NCBI GenBank assembly: GCA_003971905.1
Contig: RSEE01000096.1
Location: forward strand, 124,001-188,000
Source: Moniliella sp. 'wahieum'
Taxonomy: Eukaryota
Direction: 5' to 3'
DNA: 64,000 nucleotides
In this document: positions 1 through 13,088 of the stretch, piece by piece
How the letters are laid out: each line of letters opens with the position of its first letter
Position numbering within the stretch: position 1 is the first letter of the stretch
Made by a program: the position numbers and the translations under genes
The notes under the pieces: generated by a model
What the model was told of the DNA's origin: nothing
The model's database searches: none
Seen by the model: only the letters and a program-made list of their open reading frames with translations

Positions 1-1031
1 CATGCTGGAAGGAGAGCGGTGGTGGTGGTCGGAACCTGAAGCGCGACGCGGCTGAGTCGCTTCAAGCTTGAAGAAAGCCGCCAAAAAAAGCATGGCCGAA
101 AAAATTGGTGCCGATCGGTGCAGAGGGCGTGTGTCACGTGCTAGTAGAGTAGTGCGGTTGAACGTTGAACGTTTAAGCTAAACGTCAAACGTTGTGATTT
201 GAAATGTTTGAAATGTTGGCCAAGCGGCGGCGCGCGTTTCACTTTGTACCGACATCACCGGTTGTGGTGCATCATGCATCCAGAGGCGGCCCTGCTGGTA
301 TTTTTGGTCTCCGAGATGCCACACCATAGGAGAGGGTAACCCATATTGCGACCGACGCCGCCCTCGCCGGCTGGCCCTCTGGCATCCACTGCTGCCCTCT
401 CCTTTGGCGAGAGCAGCCACCAGTCCAGATCCATACTCGGCTTCCCACATTGCCCACCCTTGGTAGTCATACGCGTGCACCACACTCACACTACTCAGAT
501 CTTATACGAAAAGGAAGAGGCGCCGTGTGTGTGTCATGTGTGACCTGTTAAAAACGGTTAGTGCTGCGCTCAGTGGCCAGGCTCGTTCCCAGAGGAGTAC
601 CGTACCAACTCCTACGCCACATGTCATGGTATATCACAAAGAAGGCCGGTGCATTTGCAGCCCTACCACCAAGCTCCATTTAATAATGTGGGACGGCGAG
701 AAGAGGAGACCCATCGACCACGAGTCTCACGCGCCTCGGCGCTTGGGTGGTACTGTGGTTCATGAAGCCCTACCGTGCCCTGTCCAATCAGATGGTGTGA
801 TCCCGACATGGGCGAGAGCTTGGGAATCGGAATCTCACAGCCACACTGCCCCTAAGCAAGTCCTAGGGGCTAAGCGCAGGGTATATGACGTGGCAGAATA
901 TTAGCGGAATGAAGTGGCGCTGCGCCTGGAGCGTGGTAAAAGGGGTTTAAGCTGAGCCTGACCCGACACAGCACGAAGAGGCCAACACAAACGGTGGGGG
1001 GAGGAGTCCGTGGGGTTCCCGCCCCCCCATC

Positions 1032-2164
1032 ATGTTGCTGCTGGCTGTGCTGGTGGTGCGGTATGTGTGTAGCGTCGGTGGGGTGGTGCGCGTACACGCA
1101 AGACGACTACGAAGCGCTTATCTCGCTGAAAGCAGCGTCGCTTCGCCACCCTTATGTGGACGGTGACCTGCAAAGCCAGTTTTGGGACTTGGCGGGTCCA
1201 CCATCATCGAACGGCTCGAGGAGTGCGTTTGACCCAGGACAAAAAGTCCCAGCAGGGCTGGATTTGGACGCGTCATCCCATTCATGCGCGTGACTTTCAG
1301 ATTACGGTGGAGTTTGCCATCGCGGGCCGGTCGCATCATGTCTTTGGCGATGGGATGGCGCTCTGGCTCACCTCGGAACGCGCCCAGAGTGGACCGGCCT
1401 TGGGAAACCAGGCTACGTTCGACGGGTTGGGAGTGGCGTTTGATACGTACGCCAACGGTCCGCATCCCTATGCGTTCCCACGCGTGATGGCCTTGCAGGG
1501 GGGCAAGTATACACCGTACATGCCGAGTCAGGATGGGGTCAACCTAGAGGTGGGAGGCTGCTCGATCCGGTTCCGCGACACGCCGGTATCAGCCCGTGCG
1601 AGGTTGACCTACGTTGATGGCGAGTACATTGAGCTGCAGCTGCAAACCAAAGAGTGGGACCAATGGGAACCTTGTTTGTAAGTGTCATCGTGGTTGCCTG
1701 GTCAGTGTGTGGGGGGGCTGAGTATGTGGCCGTGTGTGGTGGGGTGAAGAGAATAGCAGGGCTGACTTCGCGTGGGGGCACCACGCTGCGTTGCTTGAAG
1801 CGAGATTGGCAAATTCAAGCTGCCCGAAAATCCCTTCCTGGGCTTTACAGCGGCGACGGGCGATGTGTCAGACAACCACGAGCTGGTGTCGGTGGAAACC
1901 CATTCGATTGTGCACAAGCCGCTGGCAAAGGGCGGCACCGGCCAAGGCCGAGCCCTTCCTGGGAAATGGGGAAAGACGGGCCAGGCAGGGGCCAAGGGGG
2001 GTGCGTCGGGCCCAGGCATGATCCACTGGTTGATGGCGGGCGTGGTTGGTTTGGTGTGGCGGGCACTCAAGGTGGTGCTGGCAGTGGCGGGAATTGGTGT
2101 GGTGGGAGGAGTCGTGTGGCACTTTTACCAATCCAAGCGGGTCTACGACGCCAAGCGCTTCTAG
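1032..2164 (+). CDS. Legume-like (L-type) lectin cargo receptor, VIP36/Emp47/LMAN2 family
   Basis: Hydrophobic N-terminus; motifs VRLTQDKKSQQGWIW, FGDGMALW, FDGLGVAFDTYANG. Intron 1678-1800 (GTAAGT...GCTGAC...AAG) joins CF|EIGKFKLPENPFLGFTAATGDVSDNHELVSV. C-terminal TM helix then YDAKRF*. Frameshifts near the 5' end. Confidence 0.9.
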
Positions 2165-2744
2165 CGTGACTCTGCCCCCGTCTTTCCTCTCGTCGCTCGC
2201 GTCGCTCGCTTGCCGATGCCGACGGGCTATGGCCCATCCAGTAGGGCGCTCGCGTCTCGTTCTCCTTAGCCTGATTCGTGCCGAGATACAGGTGTATCGT
2301 GCAGATATAGTGGGTAGTAGAGAGATCCAACGCAGAGGGGAAGTATTAGAGAGAGGAGCTGCAGGCAAGCATGGGTACGACATGCAAAAAAAACACGGTT
2401 TATTACTATATCTACAAAGGAATGCTGCGGGTGCAGTGCTAGCAATTATAAAACAAGCGATCCGTGCGCGGCCGCCGTCGACTGTATCTACCGAGGCGTA
2501 GGATAGGCGAGAGGGATGAGATCAATCTGAGATCGGTGAGGCCAATGCGGTGTGGATGACCGTCATCGCGTCATAGGAGGCTCGGACTGCGGGGATAGGC
2601 TGCGTTTTTTAGCCAGACCGCGCACACAGTCCAGATGTGGCCAGGCCCATTAAATGGCGCACCTTGTTATTTGAGCTTCGGTTATTGGCGTAGCCTCGCT
2701 TCGACGCGGCTCCTCCACGCCCTCTTCCACCCCATCCTCCGCAT

Positions 2745-5700
2745 ATGTCCTGCCCGCCGCCGCCGCCGCCGCCCAACCACGGACGCCGAGCCGGTCTCCA
2801 AGCGTCGCAAGCAACAGCACGTCCTCGGCCGCGCCACCGCTCCCCCAGCCCCGGCTCAAGCAGACGAGCCAGTGTGAGCGCCACCTCCGCCAGTGCCCGC
2901 CCAGCGCCTAACCCCTCTGCCAACGAGGCGGTCCCCGAGGCCGAGCTGGACGAAGCCCGCGGTCACAGGGTAGTGAACACCATTATGACTACCCTCACGG
3001 CAGGCACGTTTCCTGACGGCCCTCCCTTGTCAGACGACAACAACCACCACGACCCACGCCCCATCCGCCCGCGTCGCGGATCGTTCCCGCAGTGCTCGTC
3101 GGTGGGCGCAGTTGCCCCCGACGGTGGTAGAGCGTATTGTCTCCTTGTTACATCCGCGCGACATGGTCCTGGTCCAGCCCAGGGGTTACATGTCCAATGG
3201 CAGCGGCTTCTCCAAGACCCTTTCCACTGCAGTCGGTACCCCGCCTTCCCCCTTGGACTTGCCGAGGCAACGGACGCGCAAGACGCGGTCTTTGCGGCGC
3301 CGCCCCCCCAGGATCCGGATCCGGAAACCCGTGCGATACTCGGCCGTCGTATCCTCCACTATCGACGGGCGAAAAGGATGCGGTGTGGTTGGGCGTTGGA
3401 CGGTGGCGTATGTACGGTGGCGTGAGGTGCTCATCGGTGCTTTGGCGGAGATAGGTCCGGCATGGCGGGCTGCGACGCAAGAGCATCCTTCTTGGGTTAC
3501 ATCTTGGAGCGCGTTGTCAAACCGTTGAACGGTAGACCAGATGGAGCGGACCTGCACCCTGGGGGAACCGTGCCTGCTCGCCCCCAAGTCGAACCGTTTT
3601 CCAGGCAATGTGGCAACTGGACCATCTGTGTCTAGCGTGCCTCATTAGAGCCGGTACACCCCGCATGATCCAAATTGCCATGGATCGGGACGACGAACGG
3701 TGAACAGGGAGGAACCCAGAGAAGAGCAGATGCCTCGTGGACCCGAGTGGTGGGCCCAATCTGTCCAACTCGTCGACCCGGCTCGGTCTTGTGCACTCTG
3801 CCCGTTCCATGCCGCCTCGCCCGTGCCTTGGGGGGCAGGAAGAAGGAAGACCCGCGCCGGAGGAAGCATCCGCCCTTGTCTGCCGGGCTGCTGTCAGGCG
3901 TGCTTCCAGTCGGGGGAGGGGAGGTAGGGCTAGCCGAGTGCGAGACGGGCGAGTCAGTCGAGGTACTCTGCATACTGTGTCGGACGCAACTGGTGGAGGA
4001 GATGGGGGCTTTGCTACTTGAGCAACACGCTTCCCACGATGTTGCCACCCTCTCGACCGAACAGGTACGGTTGGTGTTTGGAGAGAACCGAGCGTGCCGC
4101 GAGTTTGTCAAATGGGGTGTGCCCGCTTTGAAGGACGCCCAGACCTCGTTGATGGAGGATCTGTGGTTGACAGCTCATGCGTCAATGCAGTTGATTCGGG
4201 CGGACCGGGTGCGAAGCAAGCAGATCCAGTTGAGACGCAGGTACCAACAAGCCTATGCCGACCGCCTTGAGGCCGTTCGGAAGGAGGTACGACGAGAGCG
4301 GCTCGCGTTGCGGCACCGAATTCGGCACAAACTGGCACGGCGATGGGACCGCCGAGGGAGGCAGTTGGCTACCACATTCTTAGCCCAGCATAACTTGTCC
4401 CCGCCACTGTCTTATCCCCAAAGCCAGTCCAAAGGCAAGCGCCGTCAAATGCCGCTTCATCCCGATCTGGTGATTGCAGTGGTCGCGCAGCGCAACCGCC
4501 TTGCGATCAGACTCGAATCCGGCAAGGTGCTGGTGCCCGGCTCTGCCCTGGGTCAAGGAAGAGAGCCGGAGGAAAAGAAAGGGAGGAAGAGGGGCAAGTC
4601 GGTTCCTTGCCTCGTCCGGGCGCAGAGGGGTTCCCTACAGCCCGGGAAGGCGATCTGGATCTTCTCCCGCCCCTGCGGGGAAGCGCTGGATCTCCCCATC
4701 ATGTAAATGCGTGTGACCAAGATGAGCGCTTGGCACTGCAACTAAGCCTCGCACTCAACGGTATGCCCGAAGCGGAAGATCCGTGGTCGAATGCCGATCC
4801 GGATTCGGATTCAGATTCGGATTCGGGTTTGATTTCGGATGCGGGGTTAGATTGTGCCTCGCTGAGCCCCGATGAGGAATCGGGGGAGGAAGAAGTGGAA
4901 CTCGGTTCGGAGGAAAAGAAAGCAATCGCCATGGACGAGGCACGGAAGCTGCATGTGGGAGAGGTGCTGGTGCTGACGCGACAAGACGAGCAGTGCATTC
5001 GTGTCCGTTCACTGGACCACTACTGCTTTGAATTGTTCCAAATGGGTACGTCTCTTACTTGCATGTTCTTGATTGTGCGCCTGAAGGTTGTGGTTGGAGA
5101 GGCAGAGGGGAGAGGGGACCCGATGAAGGTACTGACACGGACCGTCCCAATCGGGTCAACGAACGACAAACCCAGGATTTTGGTTCAGTCCGCAAGAACG
5201 GTTGAGGGAGTACGGCCTGGCCCGACAGGTTGCGATCCAAACGGGGGTTGGAACGAACGTTGTGCACCTCCCTCCGTTCCCTACTTCCCGCGCACTGCAG
5301 CACGAACTCGAGACGAGCTGGTGGCGTGTATTTGACGAGCAAGCGACCATGGTCGTGACCAAGCTATCGGACTGGCTGCTGCTGCAACCCCAAGAAGCCA
5401 ACAACGGCGCCTTGCGGAACAACAGTACTCACCTGGGCCTCCACATGCCTGAGCGCGACCCAAGCCAATGGGGGTGGGAAGAATTGGGACCCACGCTACG
5501 TTTTTGGTGCCGTTTGTGGCGGAGCAGTGAAGTGGGCCTGGCACCTGCGGCCAAGGCCACCGCACCACCTCAGGTTCCGCAAGACCAGTACCATCTCAGT
5601 GCAGGATGCACCCGGCGTGTCGTGGAGCTTTGGCGCCAACGGGCCGCGTGCGTGTGCATGTGCCGGATATGTGTGCGTCAGAGGAACCAGAGGAACCAGA

Positions 5701-6155
5701 GGAACCAGAGAATGCAGAGCAACCAGAGGAACCAGAGAATGCAGAGCAACCAGAGGAACCAGAGAAAGCAGAGGGGCTATGGCCTGCGGACCCCCTCGCG
5801 CGCAGCTGTTGTGGAGGACACTGTGTTGGCTCAAAGTCCGCGTGCCACCAGTGCAGGCCCGGCGTCCCGCTCGGCTTCCCCGCCTTCCTGGGTGGCTTCC
5901 CCACGGTCCAAGGGTTCGTCAGGGTCATCAGGCTCATCAGGTTCACTAGGTTCACCAGGTTCATTAGCTTCACCAGCCTCCTCAAGTTCATCAGGTTCAC
6001 CGAGTCCACCAAGTCCAGAAGCGTCTCTGTTGGGTTCCTGTGGAAGAGCTGGACTCGGACCTGGACTCGGACCGGGCGTGTTGGGCTCCCCGGACTTGGA
6101 CTGGGACTTGGACCTGGACTCGGATTTGGACCTGGACCTGCCTGAGGGCCAGTAA
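2745..6155 (+). CDS. Hypothetical protein (possibly two genes) with a possible F-box and low-complexity C-terminus
   Basis: Chain of + strand ORFs in shifting frames; LPPTVVERIVSLLHPRDMVLV (~3112-3174) resembles an F-box; EEP/ENAEQP and GSS/DL repeats before TAA at 6153-6155. Confidence 0.35.
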
Positions 6156-6182
6156 GTCCCCCCCCCCCCCCTCCCCGATTGA

Positions 6183-6272
<90 letters not shown>
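6183..6272. repeat. (CAT)n microsatellite, about 30 perfect units
   Basis: Directly visible; preceded by a long C run. Confidence 0.97.
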
Positions 6273-6273
<1 letters not shown>

Positions 6274-7799
6274 GATATCCTCATCCACCTCATTAACATG
6301 ATTAAGGTACACCTTTTTGGCTGTATACGTTTTCTCCTTGTTGTTCGCCTTTGGCTCCCTCGCACCCGCACCGTTGATACGCATCCCCTGACCAAAAGAG
6401 CTACCCTTCTCCCCCCACTCCTTATTATAGTGTTGGGAGATTCGCACATCGTGTGACTAGCACGCACTACATCCCATACCTGTCCACTAGCTCTTGTACG
6501 AAACCGTCTCCCCGCAACAACCTCATGAGCGCACGCGCGGTTCGACTATACTTCGGATCGGTCTTGGTAGTCACCGAGCACGGAGTTCAGCCTGACAGAT
6601 GAGCGCCGAGCCGTGGGAAGGGTTTTGATACGTGCACATATACTGGTGAGGTCTTTTGTGTGGAGGAATCCGTCCTTGTGTCCGCGACGTGCTGAAAGGT
6701 GTGGCTACTTAGTAGTTTCGGTGCTCATAGTGACCATCACTGTATATTGTGACTGTGCAATGATAGCAGTATGTACCCATAGGCCATACCCGCCCCCCGT
6801 TCCTCCCGCTCCGACCTAGCTTTTACGGTCTATGGCAGTCACCCACCCGGCGCAAGCGGCGAACGCGGTTCAGGCTGAACGAATGTCCTGATCACCCTGC
6901 GGCGTTGCGACGAAACAACTAGAGCGGGAGGAGGAGGTGGGTGGGCTAATACGACGAGCGAAATCAATGAGGCGGGGGTACGAAATCTACCCCACCAACT
7001 CTAATGAACGAAGAAAAATGAAGGTGTGGTCGAACCGAGCCACTTCCCGGACAATAGTCTACGAGACACGAGGACTACGGCTACTACTAGGGACTACGGT
7101 TACTAGTAATACTAGAGAACACTGGTGGCGTGTATTCATGTCTCCGCCAAGTCGATGGTTTCTCGTGTGAATTGGTCTGTGTTGGTTTTCTCGTGTTAAG
7201 AATGATGGTTGAGCCCCGAGATGATATGCTCGTGACATGTGACAGTCCCACCTACCGCCTAACGCCTCATTCTGGTTCCCGTCTCTCTCGGGGGTGCGAT
7301 GCGGAAAGACGTATAGCCTAACCTCTCTCTCTTACTCTCTTCCCACCGTTCGATCAAAAAGAGGGCCGTCGTGCCGACCCCGCTCACTTCGCTTCTACCC
7401 CACAGTCCGAACAGGAAAAAAGGGAGACGCAAGAACAGCAGACCCGAACCGGGACAGGTAGTAGGGACAGTGGCGGCACAGTGGTTGGGAGGGATGTGTA
7501 TACGAGGGCCTTATCGTGCGTCGTCACAGTTCTCTGTTTTGTTTGGATGAAGGGGGTTCACCCCAATCCATTTTTGGAATGGTCCGCATCATGGCGGACG
7601 ATGGATGGTGGTGGCGGGGGAGGTCCCGACATACAGCAGGGTGAGACGATGAAGCGTTGAGGCGTACGTCAGGCGTGACAAAGAGGAAACGTATCCGGTA
7701 CATGACTGTTATTATATGTAGGAAGCGGGAGGGAGGCAAAGGGTATGTGGATAAGAAGACGAAGCAGGTTGAACGGTTACCGTGTAAACGGAAACGTTA

Positions 7800-8674
7800 T
7801 TAGTGTGCCCAAACACCAACATCCGGATCATCATGCGTTCTGCCACATGCGTCACGCGGCTACGGTACGATAGAACCGGGTTTGCTGGGAGCCGCACCTC
7901 CCTTTGGTTCCAACAGCAGCAGCAACAGCATCCGCAGCAGCAGGAGGGGCCCGCGTACCTCCCTGGGCCCTGGGCCGAACCGCGGTGCTGTGGGGTAGAG
8001 GGGAGGTAACGATGGACAGGCCATGGCTGCGTCGCTTGATCGACTGACGCAACGGCACCCTTAGCCAATAGGGGACTGTGACCTCCACCTCAACGTCCAC
8101 CGCCACGGCAACTGCCACGGCGAAAGGGGATGAGGTGCCCCGAGGAGCGAGAAAGACCGAGGGGCAAGTGTGCCTGGGCACGGGGGGCGCCGGGCGGCTG
8201 TCCTCCTTCCCAGACGGAGAGTGACGCCTTTTCCTCCTCGTCATTGTCGGGCTCGTAACGGTTGTCATCGTCGTCGTCGTCATCGTCGTTGTGGTAGAGA
8301 AGGTGGGGCATGGGATGGGGATCGCCCGCGGTGGCAAGGCAGCTGAGTGAGCGGGGGTGCGGCGTGGGAGGACGCGTGGGCGGGTGGAGAGGTGGGAGGG
8401 CAGGATCCGCGGCGGGAGAGGAGGAGGAGGAGGAGGAGGGGTTGGTGATGGGAGCAGACGAATGGGCAGAGGCAGGGCGGAGGAGGAGGGCGGGCGCGTG
8501 TTGGTGGGCGACGTAGGACTCAAAGGCGTGTGGCAGTGAAGCTCGCCGGGCGGGAGCGGGGCGAAGAGGCGGGGGGTGGGGCGGGGGCGGGTGTGGGTGG
8601 AAGGGCGGCAGGCAGCGGGAGAGCCAGCGCGGCTTGGTGGCCGGCGGGGGCGTGTGGGGGTGCGTGGGGGCCAT
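7800..8674 (-). CDS. Hypothetical Pro/Ser/acidic-rich protein
   Basis: ATG at 8674 (MAPTHPHTPP...), acidic tract NDDDDDDDDNRYEPD, protein-like C-terminus EVRLPANPVLSYRSRVTHVAE; frameshifted; no family recognised. Confidence 0.3.
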
Positions 8675-9191
8675 GCCGAGGCGCGTGGCGGGCGGCGAGG
8701 ATGGATGCGGGGAGGATATATGCGGTGGCGGGCGATGGCGGCGTTGGCGGAAGTCCGGGGCGGTGGCAGTGACTAGTGATAGTGATAGTGAGCAGAGGTT
8801 TGTGACTAGGCGGTTGAAATGTAACGTGCGGCTGGGATGCGGGTTGAACTTGAACGTTGCCCTTGAATATTGCATGTTTCGCGTGGCAGGTGGCAAAGGG
8901 GACCCTAACCTGCGCGTTGCGCAGCAGTGCGCAGCACTGCACAGCACCACACAGCACAGCCTCTGTCGGCGCACCCAAACCCAGCCCCCAGGCGAATGAC
9001 GTAACCCCCCTCTGTGCACGTGCGCCTGCCCCCTGGCATGTGGCGTTGCCTTACGCTGCCCTTAGTAATCGCCCCCGCTCCCCCCCCCCACCACCTCCCC
9101 CTGTCCAGCCTCCAGCTCGTCGAGTGGCGCGTGCGTGCGAGGGGACCCCCATCTCCATCTCCCTCTCCATCTGCCTTCACATCCCTCCGCC

Positions 9192-10390
9192 ATGCCCACC
9201 ACCCACGCCGCCCCGGCCGCTTGGACCGGCCTTCGCCGCGCTGCGCTCGCCGCGCTTGCCGCCCGCCGCCTCGTCGCCGCACCCATCTACGCCAAGCTCT
9301 CGCTTGCCCTCCCGGCTGCCAAGGCCTTTGTTGCCGCCCACTCCCACCCGCTCCCGCTCTCGCTCTCTCTTCCCTCTCGCTGCGGCCATCGTCCCTGCGC
9401 GCTGTACCTGTCGCGCGTGCCGTGCCCGCTGCCGTCGCCTCCTCCCTCTGCCCTGTTCGTCCTGCCCTGCCTTTTCGCCTGGCCCTGCGTCCCGCCTCGG
9501 CTGCGGGCCACCGTGCGCTCCGATCTTTTGCCCAGCAAGGTTTCCGCCGCCCTCACCCATCAACCGTCTGGCCGCGACGCTGGCGCCTTCGTACCGTGCG
9601 CTCGCGCTGTGACGCTGGCCTCGCTGGGCCTGCGTCCCGCTGAGCGGTTGCCGACGCTAGCCTGGGCACATACCATGCGCATGGCTGCCGCTGGCCAGAT
9701 CCCTACGGCGGCAGGACAAGCACGTTTTATTTCTCTCTACCCCGGCCTCCCGGGCACGGCCATTGGACAATTGCCCACTACTACGCTCACCGTGCCCTTG
9801 GATCCGGACCTGATGTTTCTCCTTGACGGTCCGTCGGTGTTGCACGCCACGTTGGAGCGGGAAGCTGCAACCGATTCCGCCTCGTCGCACTCTCACTCAA
9901 CCTCACACTCAGGGTCTGGATCCATCCTGTTTGCCCCCTCGAACGCAACGGAGGCCGAGTGGTGGGACGAGGCCAAGGTGCTCCTTCGGGGCTTGCGTCG
10001 GTGCAGAAGGTGAGTGGGGAGCGGTTCGTGTTGGGAGCGCGTCTGGGTGCGTTGGAGGGCCTGTTGCGTGCGTTGTCACCTGCGACAGCAGGGGATGAGT
10101 TGGTGGAACGGTTGCGCGATGCCTACACGCGCGGGGCCGAGACGCTGCATGTGACGTTGCACGGTGCGACGATCGAGGAGGCACGGCAGTTGCTCAGCAT
10201 CATTGGTTGGACCGGCGAACAGTTTTTACATGCTGCACCAGGACATGGAAGAGTGAGGACGATGAGGACGGAGGACAGAGGTAGGATTCCTCCTAGCCTC
10301 CTGGCATCCTGGCTTTTGGGTCGGAGGGCCGGTTTGTCTTTTGTGGAGGGTGGATGGGAGGATGTGCGAGGAGAAAGAACGGTTTTATGA
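9192..10390 (+). CDS. Hypothetical protein
   Basis: Two overlapping protein-like ORFs (9135-10013 and 9959-10390) joined by one frameshift near WWDEAKVLLRGL; no family recognised. Confidence 0.45.
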
Positions 10391-10770
10391 CGCCGGTTAC
10401 CTTTTCTCCTCGTCAGGGGGGATGAGAGTATCGCACGTTCTCTCGCCTCTCGCCTCTCGCTACAGAGTGGGACTGTTTGTTGGTATATGCGTTGTCTGTT
10501 CTCGTTCGTGTCTTGGCCTCGGCTTGTGTGCGCTGCGCTGCGTTTTGTCTCTTTTTTTTTGTATCTTACCTCCTTTTACATTCCTATCGCCGCCCCACAC
10601 GTCTCTCTCTTCAGGGGTGGCGGTAGAAGCAATGAACTCGTACATCAATAAGGACCCGAATGCGTCGGATCGACTACTGGCTACTCATGTGGAGAAAGGG
10701 CGGATGGAGAGCACTCAAGCAATGCTAATGTTGGGACAGGAGCTCATCTGACGGAACAGGGGGCATCATT

Positions 10771-10875
10771 GGTCGATTAGCTCAGTTGGTCAGAGCGTGG
10801 TACTAATACGTCTCTGCTGAAGAGTTGAGAGTGTTGGTAATGCCAAGGTCATGAGTTCAAGCCTCATATTGACCA
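10771..10875 (+). tRNA. tRNA-Ile (anticodon AAT) with 31-nt intron (10809-10839)
   Basis: Acceptor stem GGTCGAT/ATTGACC; D arm TAGCTCAGTTGGTCAGAGC; anticodon stem TGGTA/TGCCA with CT-AAT-A; T arm ATGAG-TTCAAGC-CTCAT; T-run terminator at 10882-10887. Confidence 0.95.
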
Positions 10876-11273
10876 GGATTGTTTTTTGGCCCAGGGCTTC
10901 TCCGATACACCCCCGACGCGTTCCATGGCGTGCGGACTGGACTGCGCTGGAAGGGGGAGCTGGCGAGGCCGCAAAGAGACGCTGGCGGTGGGGGCGACTG
11001 AGATGGGTGTGCTTCCATCTGCTGGGACAGATGCGACGGATGATGCATGATGGCGTGCGATGGGTGAGCGTGTGGCGGCGGCGGAATGGGCGGGGGCAGG
11101 GGGGCAGTGTGCGGCTGCGCCCCAGGGGGCGAGTGTGCTGAACTGCGTTCTGCAAGGGGACGGGGGGGGCCGTGCCCAGGTGCCCCCTGGCCAGCCAGAC
11201 CAGACCTCCTAGGCTCGTCTCCCTTGTGCTGTTGCTCCATCGGCCCCCCCGGCCTGCCCCCACCGCCTGCAAC

Positions 11274-13088
11274 ATGCCGAGCGACCTGCGCCACCGCGTG
11301 CTCCAAGGCTCCGCCGGCGGACACGCTGGCTCCATCCCGCCCACGCCCCCGCCCAGCTCGCACATCGACGCAGCGCTGGCCGAAGCGCAGGCGCAACTGG
11401 ACGCGCTCAGCTCCGCCCCGCTCGCGGCTTTGGTGCCGACCCGAGCTCCGGCACCGACGAAGCGGCGGAAGACGATGCGTTGGCCCCACTTGCGTACCCG
11501 GGCATGCCCTCTGTACGTCCGCGTCTCGCTGGCCACCGCAGACCCGTGGAGCAAGATCCTGCCTGGGCACCTGTCCCGGCCGACGACTGTTTTGCCCAGG
11601 CGCTCGAGGTGGATGTGACGTACCCCGTGCCCCGCCCGGCTGCCTGTCCGCTTCCCCAGCCCGGGTCCGAGAGCAATGTGGTGGAAACGGGCGTGGAGGG
11701 TAAGACAGCGACGTTTCGTGTGTACTACACCCCGCCTACTGGGTCGTCTCCTCCTGCTCCGGCTCCCACTCCCGCACCGGCTCCGACTTCTACAGCCTCT
11801 GCCTCTGCCACTACCATGGGTCCTGGGCCTTCCGATGCGGACCTAGCCGCGCTGACGCCGCCGCACTTATCGGACGAGGAGGAGGAAGAAGCGTCTCGGC
11901 GTGCGGTCCCCGCGGCCCGCGTGACGACCGATACGGTGCACCCGAGTGCTGGGGCGCAGGTAGCCGCGGCGGCCAACCGCAAGGTCCCGGAACGATTTAT
12001 GTGTTGTTTCATGGAGCTGGTACGCCGGGTTATCATTTGGTTGTTGGCGCGTGCAGTGACGCGCTTGACGCAAGGTACGGCCGGGGTGTTGACGTACGAT
12101 TGTCGTGGTCATGGACGTACGCGGCACGCTGGCTGGCCTGAGCCACTCAACATGTCGCTGGATACGTTGACGCTTGATGCGGTAGCGGTATTGGGTCGTG
12201 TGTTGCCCCCGGAAAGGGATGTGCGACTGGTGTTGGTCGGGCACAGTATGGGAGGGGCGGTAGCCACGGCTGTGGCGCATGCCTTGGCCCCAGTGGGGGG
12301 GACCAAAAAGGGTGCGTTACCACATGTACATTTGACCGGGGGGCGGTACTGGATGTGGTGGAAGGTACGGCGATGGAAGCGTTACCTACGATGCGAGCTA
12401 TGGTCGCTTCGTTCCCCATGGGCTTTGCTTCGTGCCCGCTGCGATCCAGTGGCACGTGGCGAGCGGTACGATCCATAATCGTGATTCGGCACGGCGGAGT
12501 GTGCCGCCGCTGGTCCGGCCTAATCCGCATTACATTCCTCCCGTGCGTGGCGGGGCGGAGCAAGAAGAGGAAGAAGAAGAGGAGACGATGGAAGACCTGA
12601 CGATGCGAACCTGAGCTGGAAGGAACACGAGGGTAGGCGAGGCGAGCACCCCGAACCAAACGAGGAGAAAGAGAAGAGAAAGAGGAAGAACATGATCGGC
12701 TTCCGCGCCAGTCCCGCAGATCGACACGACCCACGCATACGTGTGGAGCCACACTTGGCTGCGACCGAACCGTTTTGGCGTTCCTGGTTCCAAGGGTTGA
12801 GCAGGGTTTCTGGGTGTGCGTTGTGCGCGGTTACTCATCTTGGCCGGGGCCGACCGGCTGGACAAGGCGTTACTGCTGGGCCAGATGCAGGGCAAGTTCC
12901 AACTACTTGTCTTTCCTGATGTCGGACACGTGTTGCATGAAGATGCGCCGGAACGCACGGCCAGGGCCTTGGTGGACTTTGCCACGCGCAACCAACAAGC
13001 TGTGATTGCGCGCCAGGTGCCTACGGGCCCGCCTCGCCAAGGCGCCCACGCGCCCATCCCAGGTCGTAGCCTGGGTTACCGCCCGTAA
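11274..13088 (+). CDS. PPE1: Protein phosphatase methylesterase 1 (PP2A demethylase, alpha/beta hydrolase)
   Basis: FRVYYTPP, YDCRGHGRT, LVLVGHSMGGAVA (nucleophile), VEGTAMEAL, AIQWHVASGTIHNRDSARRSVP, LLILAGADRLDKALLLGQMQGKFQLLVFPDVGHVLHEDAP; several frameshifts. Confidence 0.92.

Noticed and set aside
1..93. Possible gene start on the - strand at ATG 93
   Set aside because: Too short and featureless to support.
5596..6467. ORFs with poly-Asp, poly-Met or poly-Ile
   Set aside because: They are translations of the (CAT)n microsatellite, with no other coding signal.
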